A stretch of 64,000 nucleotides of DNA from the NCBI RefSeq assembly GCF_009914755.1, contig NC_060936.1; one strand, written 5' to 3'. The position numbers and the translations under genes are program-made. Below are positions 53,523-64,000 of the stretch, piece by piece (position 1 is the stretch's first letter; every line of letters begins with the position of its first letter). Source of the stretch: the human T2T-CHM13v2.0 reference genome, Homo sapiens. The notes beneath the pieces were generated by a model. It searched no databases. It was given only the letters and a program-made list of their open reading frames with translations, and was not told where the DNA came from.

Positions 53523-56500
53523 ATGACAGGATAAAATTCATGTATCACAATATTAACCTTAAATGTAAATGGGATAAATGCCCCAATTAAAAGACACACA
53601 CTGGCAAATTGGATAAAGAGTCAAGACCCATTGGTGTGCTGTATTCAGGAGACACATCTCATATGCAAAGACACACATAGGCTCAAAATAAAGGGATGGA
53701 GGAATATTTACCAAGCAAATGGGAAGCAAAAAAAAAGCAGGGGTTGCAAACTTAGTCTCTGATAAAACAGACTTTAAACCAATAAAGATCAAAAAAGACA
53801 AAGAAGGGCATTACATAATGGTAAAGATTTCAATGCAACAAGAAGAGCTAACTATCCTAAATATATATGCACCCAATACAGGAGCACCCAGATTCATAAA
53901 GCAAGTTCTTAGAGACCTACAAAGAGACTTAGACTCCCACACAATAATAGTGGGAGACTTTAACACCCACTGTCAATATTAGACAGATCAATGAGACAGA
54001 AAATTAACAAGGATATTCAAGACTTGAACTCAGCTCTGGACCAAGCAGACCTAATAGACATCTACAGAACTCTCCACCCCAATCAACAGAGTATACATTC
54101 TTCTCAGCATCACATCACACTTATTCTAAAATTGACCACATAATTGGATGTAAAACACTCCTCAGCAAATGCAAAAGAATGAAAATCATAACAAACAGTC
54201 TCTCAGACCACAGTGCAATCAAATTAGAACTCAGGATTAAGAAGCTCACTTAAAACCACACAACTACATGGAAACTAAACAACCTGCTCCTAAATAACTA
54301 CTGGGTAAATAACGAAATTAAGGCAGAAATAAATAAGTTATTTGAAACCAATGAGAACAAAGACACAATGTACCAGAATGTCTGGGACACGGTTAAGCAG
54401 TGTTCAGAGGGAAATTTACACACTAAATGCCCAAAGGAGAAAGTGCGAAAGATCTAAAAATGACATTCTAACATCACAACTAAAAGAACTAGAGAAGCAA
54501 GAGCAAACAAATGCAAAAGCTAGCAGAAGGCAAGAAATAACTAAAATCAGAGCAGAACTGAAGGAGATAGAGACACAAAAAAACCTTCAAAAAAATCAAT
54601 GAATTCAGGAGCTGGTTTTTTGAAAAAATTAACAAAATAGATAGACCGCTAGCCAGACTAATAAAGAAGAAAACAGAGAGAAGAATCAAATAGACACAAT
54701 AAAAAAAGAGAAAGGGGTTATCAGCACTGATCCCACAGAAATACAAACTACCGTCAGATAATACTATAAACACCTCTATGCAAATAAACAAAAAATCTAG
54801 AAGAAATCTATCAATTTCTAGACACATACACCCTCCCGAGACTAAACGGGAAGAAGTTGAATCCCTGAATAGATCAATAACAAGTTCTCAAATTGAGGTG
54901 GTAATTAATAGCCTACCAACTAAAAAAAGTCCAGGACGTGACTGATTCACAGCGGAATTCTACCAGAGTTACAAAGAGGAGTTGGGGCCATTCCTTCTGA
55001 AACTATTCAAAACGACAGAAAAAGAGGGACTCCTCCCTAACTCATTTTATGAGGCCAGCATCACCCTGATACCAAAACCTGGCAGAGCCACAACAAAAAA
55101 ACAAAGCTTCAGGTCAATATCCCTGATGAATATCAATGGGGAAATCCTCAATAAAATACTGGCAAACCAAATCCACCAGCACATCAAAAAGCTTATCCAC
55201 CACGATCAAGACGGCTTCATCCCTAAGAAGCAAGGCTGGTTCAAATGACGCAATCAATAAATGTATTCCGTCACATAAACAGAACCAATGACAAAAACCA
55301 CGTGATTATCTCAATAGATGCAGAAAAGGCCTTCAATAAAATTCAACACCTGTTCATGCTAAAAACTCTCAATAAACTAGGTATTGATGGAACATATCTC
55401 AAAACAATAATAGTTATTTATGACAAACCCACAGCCAATATCATAATGGGCAATAGCTGGAAGCATTCCCTTTGAAAACCAGCACTAGACAGGGATGCCC
55501 TCTCTTACCACTCCTATTCAACATAGTATTGGAAGTTCTAGCCAGGGCAATAAGGCAAGGCAAAGAAATAAAGGGTATTCAGATAGGAAGAGAGGAAGTC
55601 AAATTGTCTCAGTTTGCAGATGACATGATTGTATATTTAGAAAACCCCATCATCTCAGCCCCAAATCTCCTTAAGCCGATAAGCAACTTCAGCAAAGTCT
55701 CAGGATACAAAATCAATGTGCAAAAATCACAAGCATTCCTACACAACAATAATAGACAAACAGAGAGCCAAATCATGAGTGAATTCCCATTCACCATTGC
55801 TACAAAAGGGAATTAATTACCTAGGAATAAAACTTACAAGAGATGTGAAGGACCTCTTCAAGGAGAACTACAAACCACTGCTCAAGAAATAAGAGAGGAC
55901 AAAAACAAATGGAAAAACATTTTATGCTCATGGATAGGAAGAATCAGTATCTTGAAAATGGCCATAGCGCCCAAAGTAATTTATAGATTCAATGCTATTC
56001 CCATCAAGCTACTGTTGACTTTCTTCACAGAATTAGAAAAAAAATACTTTAAATTTTATATGGAACCAAAAAAGAGCCTGTATAGACAAGACAATTCTAA
56101 GCAAAAAGAACAAAGCTGGAGGTATCACACTACCTGACTTCAAACTATACTACAAGGCTACAGTAACCAAAATAGCATGGTACTGCTACCAAAACAAATA
56201 TATAGGCCAATGGCACAGAAGAGAGGGCTCAGAAATAATGCCACACATCTACAACCATCTGATCTTTGACAAACATGACAAAAACAAGCAATGGGGAAAG
56301 GATTTTCTGTTTAATTAATGGTGTTGGGAAAACTGGCTAGCCATATGCAGAAAACTGAAACTGGACCCCTTCCTTACAGTTTATACAAAAATTAACTCAA
56401 GATGGACTAAAGACTTAAACGTAACACCTAAAATCATAAAAACTCAAGAAGAAAACCTAGGCAGTACCATTCAGGACATAGGCATGGGCAAAGACTTCAT

Positions 56501-57336
56501 GACTAAAACACCAAAAGCAATGGCAACAAAAGCCAAAATCGACAAATGGGATCTAATTAAACTAAAGAGCTTCTGCACAGCAAAATAACCTATCGTTAGA
56601 GTGAACAGGCAACCTACAGAATGGGAGAAAATTTTTCCAATCTATCCATCTGACAAAGAGCTAATATTCAGAATCTACAAGGAACTTAAAAAATTGACAA
56701 GAAAAAAACAACCCCATCAAAAAGTGGGCAAAGGATATGAACATACACTTTTCAAAAGAAGACATTTATGTGGCCAACAAACATATGAAAAAAGCTCATT
56801 ATCACTGGTTGTTAGAGAAATGCAAATCAAAACCACAATGAGATACCATCTCATGCCAGTTGGAATAGCAATCATTAAAAAGTCAGGAAGCAACAGATGC
56901 TGGATAGGATGTGGGGAAATAGGAACGCTTTTACACTGTTGGTGGGAGTGTAAATTAGTTCAACCATTGTGGAAGACAGTGTGGCGATTCCTCAAGGATC
57001 TAGAACCAGGAATACCATTTGACCCAGCAATCCCATTGCTGGGTATATGCCCAAAGGATTATAAGTTATTCTACTATAAAGACACATGCACACATATGTT
57101 TATTGTAGCACTTCACAATAGCAAAGACTTGGAACCAACCCAAATGCCCATCAGTGATAGACTGGATAAAGAAAATGTGGCACATATCCACCATGGAATA
57201 CTATGCAGCCATAGAAAAGGATGAGTTCATGTCCTTTGCAGGGACCTGGATGAAGCTGGAAACCATCATTCTCAGCAAACTAATACAGGAACAGAAAACC
57301 AAACACCACATGTTCTCACTCATAAGTGGGAGTTGA
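53523..57336 (+). pseudogene. L1 ORF2 (endonuclease/reverse transcriptase) remnant
   Basis: Fragmented frames: NIYAPNTGAP..IVGDFNT (EN), [15 protein letters not shown] (RT), [18 protein letters not shown] (C domain). Confidence 0.92.
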
Positions 57337-58444
57337 ACAATGAGAACCCATGGACACAGGGAGGGGAACATCATGCACCAGGGCCTGTCAGGTGCTGGGG
57401 GGCTAGGGGAGGGATAGCATTAGTAGAAATACCTAATGTAAATGACGAGTTGATGGGTGCAGCAAACCACCATGGCACGTGTATACTTATGTAACAAACC
57501 TGCACATTCTGCACATGTATCCCAGAACTTAAAGTATAATAATAAAAAAACAGTGCAAATGATTTAGTGTGGTGAAAATTAAAGAGGCTGTTTTCTTAGG
57601 AAATAACATGGATTAAAAATGCAAATCTATTTAAGAATAATTTAGATAAGTTAATGAAAGTTAAGTTCACAGGTTATGGAGGGAAGCTTTGTATAGTAGC
57701 AGGAAAATTTTTAACCTTGTAAATGTACAACATAGTGAGCAGCCATCTTTCACAAAACAACTTCGTACTACTGGAAGAGAAAGAATATTGTAAGAGAACT
57801 TCGTTTGGGTATTATAATTATTTCATATTTATATAATTTTTAATAAAAGTGAATCAATAAGTGATTAATAAAAGTATACCTTGACTATCAGTTTTTAAAA
57901 GGTGACACAAATTTAGTCAATTATGAGTTTTATGAAAAGTAACTTGGATATTTATACAATAAAATAAAATATTGATCATCAACAGGAAGATTTTATTGAA
58001 TTTGTATGTACACAGCAAAGTTAGTGAAACTTCTCTGGCAAATTTTATCAGAACATTACATGAACTAAGGCCAAAAAAATATTCAGCATGGTTTATCCAA
58101 TTTTCCTGATATAATAAATTAAATCTCAAATCTACATCTGGTGATATGTTTTTCAGAGACTATCTTTAACTATAATTTTATATTTCCTAAAAAAGGTGTT
58201 TGAAGAAGCCAAAATTCAGTTGGTCTATTTCCTAGCATTCTTACTAGTGAATAAATTTTTGATTATTTGTGAAGTGAATTCAGAACAGACAAGCCACAGG
58301 GACTCAGATGAAGTCTCTGAATGCATTCGTGAGACTGAATTCTTACGGAGTGCCTAAACAACTCATTGAAGTTAAGTTCTCACCAAGAAGAAAGATAACT
58401 ATCCATGGAATGATACAAGAAATAACACGTTATCACAATTCCTT

Positions 58445-58567
58445 CCTTAGATCAAAATTCCTTGAAGACAGGCATCATATTTTATGCTTCTTATGTAACC
58501 ATCTCCACAATATTTAACACAGCACTGATTGTATTAGGTGCTCAATGAATACTCATTGAATGACTGA
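58445..58567 (+). mobile_element. L2 3' end
   Basis: ccttgaagacagg..aacacagcactg..taggtgctcaatgaatactcattgaatga. Confidence 0.65.
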
Positions 58568-60751
58568 TCAGAAACAATATTTTACTTAATAGATTTGGAA
58601 GGTACTCTTAAATTTATTTTACACCTGGTCATTTACTCTTTGCTCTTCCACTATTGATATTTATGTTGTACTAGCAATTTTTACTGTTATAAGCTACTGC
58701 CTACCCCTGTCCTTTTACCATTTCAGTCCCTTTAAGTCATTTTAAGTGATAACGAGAACAGATATTTTCATGTGTCAGAATTTTAAAAGTTTTGTAAATA
58801 ACACCATACCTTTTGGAATTGTGGGATTATGGCTTTGGGGATCTCTAAAATCAGCTCAGGGAAAGATATTTGATGGAACTTTTTAAGCTACATATTTTTT
58901 CTCTAATTGCAACATTCCATAGACTCTAGTAGGTTTCAGTAAGTCTTCACCTTCAGCAGCATAACAGACATTAGCAGGAGAGATGGGAAGAGCAGGTCAC
59001 CAATGTTACCTTTACCTTCAATTTGGCCTAGGAACACTCACATTTTTCTGTAATTATCTAATTCTTATGACATAAAATATCTTTTCTTGAGCAGTGCTAG
59101 GGTTTCAGGTAGCCTGGAGCTTTCTTTAACATCTTAGCACCAAAGGATTTGTTTCAATTTTTCCCTATAACCAGTGCAATTAGATTAGACAAGTACCTAT
59201 CTATGTAAACCCTATATGTCAAGTTTAGGGTGAATTTGACTGCCAATTATTTTAAGATAATAGAAAATGCAGGTGATTGCTATGTGTTCAATATAATAAG
59301 TAAGAAAATTCAGGATGATAGAGTCCAGAAATGGTGCCTGGTTTAACAGAGGAGGTAATAAATAATATCAACCAAAGCAGGTTTGAAAATCTTTGCCAAT
59401 CCCTATTGGCATCCCTTCAAAAAGCTTATTTATTTCCTACAACACTAATTTTAACCACCAAAGCTTGAATACTTGATATCTAATTAAGTGCTTAACCTAT
59501 AAATTAGGTAGTAATTTTATTTAGACTGTGTAAGAAAAACATTAACAGCATTCAGTACTGTATTATATGGCCCTCCCATTTGGATTCAAGCCTCAACACC
59601 TCTTTTCCTTCTCTTATAGCACTTGCCGTCTATACCAAATCAGGACATTTTATAAAATAGTTTTGCAGTGAATGCACTTTCTTTTGTAACAAATAGAAAT
59701 TAGTTTGCCTCCTTTTGGTCTTGCATCATAGTTCTACAGAGATCTGATTTGAGTATTACTTTTCTTAGCTGAGTTCAAAAAAACAAAGAGGAATACAAGA
59801 AGATTGTATAAAGTCCACTAGTGATGATGACAACGGCCTGGATGAGAAAGTAGTAGACCGATATCCAGCTTTTTAATAAAACTAGTGGTTGAATTGTTCT
59901 GGAAGAACAAAGTCTTGCTTGAAGCCATCTGTTTATAAAGACCTTTTCCTTGCTTTTTAGCCTGTCAGGTTCACTGAGGCCAGCCAGGGTTCAAGAGGCA
60001 GGGAAAGCCCATTTATAATGCTCAGGCAATCTCTGGTCACAGGTGAAAAATCAGGCAAAAGACAGAAAAGATGTAAAAAGTGCTCAATCAAATTATTTTA
60101 AAGTATTTTTTCATTCATTCATTAATTTTCATGGAAAGTTAAAAAAATAAAAAGAAACTACCTTTAGGCTTATACAGGATCCAAGTTCTTAGTGTTCCTT
60201 AAAATAGAAATGCTTATTATATTACAAATCATTTGATCCATGGAAATAAAGGTAGCTACTCATTTATTTCAGTTCCTGCCTCTTCCCAACTTGGTTTAGA
60301 AGAAACTACCTTTGCCCTCTTTGAACTAAAGTAAGGCAGCACGACTCTGACATGGGATAACTTCTCTAAAAGGACTGATTAAATCTCTCTTTTTTCTCAA
60401 GATGAAAAAGATCTTTAAAAAACAAACTGAGGTTTTAAATCTGCAGGTATTACATTCTCCCTTTGCATTTTCTTTAGTTCAATGTAGCATTTATGTGGTT
60501 TATTACAACATCTTTCATGTAGCAGATCTAAAAACCCCTTTGTGAAGTTGAAGATAATGGCTTAGTGTGCTATAGGTTTTAAAAGATCCTGTTTTTTAAG
60601 CCAGCAAGCAGCCCTTTGCAGAGAGAAGCTGCCATGCCAATGTGAAAAGTTTCTTTTTCTGGCTGTGATTGAATTCTCCATTCATTTTAGGAATTGCTTT
60701 CTACAAATACATTGTTTAATGGCCATTTTTTCCTCTCTGTCTAGGCCTAAA

Positions 60752-61260
<509 letters not shown>

Positions 61261-62189
61261 GCCAAAACTAATTCTAGAAAAACGTGAACATGAAAGTATT
61301 AAGGAGTTTTCTTTGTAAGATATTTTCTAAGCCTGACTATTGAAATCTCTTTTACTCCAAATGTCATAAATAAAGCAGTAAATTATTTTTTAAAGGAAAA
61401 AAAAAGACTTAAGAGAATGTGCCACTAATTGGCTTGCAAATGAGTATTATGAAAATTATGCACAAACATGAAATGAAAAAGCAAATTAATTTACTTGTTG
61501 ATTACAAGGCACTACAGAGACTTCATGAAACCTAATTATATGTCATGAAATTCAATTCTTGCAAAGAGTCTTGGTAAAGATAAAACTACAGATTATAGTG
61601 TAGATTAATAAGATTCTTTTGTGTGTTCCAACTTGTTGGCTGTCAAGTCAGCATTATGCTACATGCAGAGATGCCAAAATGCCTACCATTCTATTATAAA
61701 TGTTGGCATGCTCTCCACTCAGAAACCTAACACAGACCTACATCATTCCCTACTTGAGTTCAGTTCATGGCCTGTTGAAGGGAAAAATGATAGTAGGCCC
61801 TTGCTGGCAGCACCTGGAGACCAGGCACACCTGGAGACCCTTCAGTGAAACTCAGGAATGGGAAAGAGAATAGAAAACATCTCAAGTATTCTGGTGAACC
61901 ACACAGTGATGCTGCTCAAACCTGATTGGCCAGCTGCTGGTAATGTTGCCAGCTATGGAGAATTGGCAGGCTATCTACACACCTTGAGAAATGACAAACT
62001 ATACCTGCTGTAGTTCCACGTTACATAAACAGACCCCTAAAGAAGTTAATTTGCATATACACATGCTTGCTTAGCTGGTTTTAGTGTCAAAGTCTTCAGA
62101 AGTTTTCAACTCTGTGAAATCTAATATTGCTAAGGAAAATGAACTATCTTTGAGTCAATCAATTATAACAATAGTGAAGAAATTAGAAG

Positions 62190-62460
62190 AAGTATAGTGA
62201 GGTGAATAAGAAAACAGGCTCTGCATTTAGAATGCTTAAATTAATAGACTAGCTCCACCAGTTTCTACCTGTGAGCCACTGAGCATATTAACGCAATATT
62301 CTGTGTTTCAACTTCCTTATGTATAAAATGGAGAGAGGAGACATCATACTTATGATATGAAGTATCATAAAATTCTTAAGAGGATCAAATTAGTTAACAT
62401 GTATAAAGCACTTATCATAGTGCCTGGCACAGAATAGGTGGCTCAATAAATGTGAGCTTT
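62190..62460 (+). mobile_element. MIR
   Basis: acaggctctg..tataaaatgg..aggatcaaattagttaacatgtataaagcactta..gtgcctggcacag..ctcaataaatg. Confidence 0.85.
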
Positions 62461-62534
62461 TAAAAAAACTGTTGTTGTTGCTGTTGCTATTGTTAGAGGA
62501 AATAGGTGGAAAATGTATCATTCTTAACTTGAAA

Positions 62535-64000
62535 ATGTTTTAAACCAACTATATTGAGGTACACTTTGCATATAACAAAATGTACAAGTTTTAAGTGTAT
62601 AATTCATTGATGAATGTATACAGCTATATAACCAGTATTCCAATCAATACATAATTTCCACCAGGCATGGCTTATGCCTGTAATCATAGCGATTTGGGAG
62701 GCCAAGATGAGGATTGTGTCAGGCCAGGAGTTCAAGACCAGCCTGGGCAACATAGTGAGACCTTGTCTCTAAAAAAAAAGAAAAAAAAAATTAGCCAGGC
62801 AAGATAAGTCACATGATGTAGGAGTTCCAGCTACTCAGGAGGCTGAGGCAGGAGGATTGCTTGAGCCCAGGAGTTTAAGGCTGCAGTAAGCTATGATTGT
62901 GCTGCTGCACTACAGCCTGGGTGAGAGAAGAGAGCAAGACCTTATCTCTAAAGTAAGATATATATATATATTCCATTATCCCAGAACATCCCCTAATGTG
63001 CTTTGCAATTTTTCACACACCCCACCTACACCCAGGGAAACAGTCTGATTTCTAAAACCATAGCTTTACTTTTGACTATTTTAGAACTTTATATAAATGG
63101 AATCATATAGGATTCACTCTTTTGTGTCTGGCTTTTTTTAGTCACCATGATAATTTTGAAATTCATCTTCAATAGTGAGGTAAATAAGAAAACAGGCTCT
63201 GCATTTAGAATGCCTAAATTAATAGAGTAGCTTTATTGGCACTGGGAGTGGGGCATTGCTGTAAAGATATTATGTAAATCATAGTTCCTTTGTAACAGAA
63301 TATTGCTAAATATTCTATTTTTTAAATATACAACAGTTTGTCCAATAACGTGCTGATGAACATGGAGGTTGTTTTATATAGATTATTCAGGTTTTTGTTA
63401 TTATGAATAAAACTGCTGAAACACTCTTGTATATCTCTTTTTGTGAATATATGTTTTCATTTATTTGGTATAAATGACTAGAAAGGGAATTGCTGGGATA
63501 TAGGTTATATGTATGTTTAAGTTTATAAGAAACTGCAAAGTATTTTCCAAGGTAGCCCCATTTTACACTCCCACCAGTAATGTATGAGAGACCTTTAATC
63601 CAGATCCTCAATAATCGGTGTTGTTATTTTAATTTTAGTCTCGTAATAGTACAATGTGATATCTAATATGGTTTTAATTTGTATTTTCCTAAAAACTAAT
63701 AATGTTGAGTACCTTGTTATGTATATTTTAGAAACTCCTATATTTTCTTTTTTAGATTTCTCTACAAATCTCTTGCACATTTTTTATTGGCTTGTACTTT
63801 AATTACAGAGTTGGATGGGTTATTTATGTACTCTGAATATATAAAGTGAATTATTAACACAGCCTCTTTATTGTCTCAGTGATGTCTCCTTAGAGTTTAA
63901 TTTCGATAGAATATAATTTATATATATATTTTTGTTTTACGGTTAGAGCTTTTTACGTCCTAGGAAATTTTACCTATTGCAACATTGTAAAGATATTCTC
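62535..64000 (-). mobile_element. Old L1M (L1MB/ME-like) 3' part, runs off the window
   Basis: tattgaggtaca..ttttaagtgtataattca, tagaactttatataaatggaatcata, ccattttacactcccaccag, ggttttaatttgtattttcct. Confidence 0.85.
62660..62955 (+). mobile_element. AluJ inserted in L1M
   Basis: ggccaggagttcaagaccagcctgggcaacatagtgagacc..ggaggattgcttgagcccaggagttt. Confidence 0.9.

Larger units (their letters stand above)
51097..57550 (+). mobile_element. Full-length, inactivated L1PA7-like LINE-1 (~6.45 kb)
   Basis: 5' end ggtggctggaagatggccaaataggaac..ggtctgcagctcccag; long 5' UTR; ORF1 and ORF2 remnants; 3' UTR ggggctaggggagggatagcatta..gttgatgggtgcagcaaaccacc..tatcccagaacttaaag; short A tail. Confidence 0.93.

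Noticed and set aside
58312-58336. Imperfect palindrome agtctctgaatgcattcgtgagact
   Set aside because: Short and bulged; within chance expectation
59820-59880. GTGATGA C-box-like motif suggesting a snoRNA
   Set aside because: No properly spaced CTGA D box with a terminal stem

Overview
AT-rich, repeat-dense primate (very probably human) intergenic or deep-intronic DNA. I could not support any host protein-coding exon, RNA gene or CpG island, and the ORFs in the track are retroelement remnants or chance frames. The window is a layered record of transposition: ancient L2, MIR and L1M; MaLR, ERVL and ERV1 LTRs (MSTA, MLT2, THE1, LTR16, LTR47-like, MER4-family); DNA transposons (Tigger3a, MER2, MER58A, MER5, MADE1); about 14 Alu copies or fragments; a full-length dead L1PA7-like element (51097-57550); and a young 5'-inverted L1HS-like insertion inside an MSTA LTR. 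Subfamily names come from recalled consensus sequences, not a database search. The most unusual items are: (1) a ~165-bp hairpin at 29268-29431 that matches no repeat I recognise, with strand-biased G-U-compatible substitutions; (2) a MER4-type ERV remnant bounded by two inverted U5 ends with an apparent 4-bp TSD; (3) an ERVL-type LTR carrying an internally deleted gamma-type env; (4) a composite templated insertion at 63172-63270; (5) a MADE1 with a duplicated core; and (6) a CpG-retaining PBX/MEIS/HOX motif cluster at 8860-9610. I found no evidence for a new multi-gene system.
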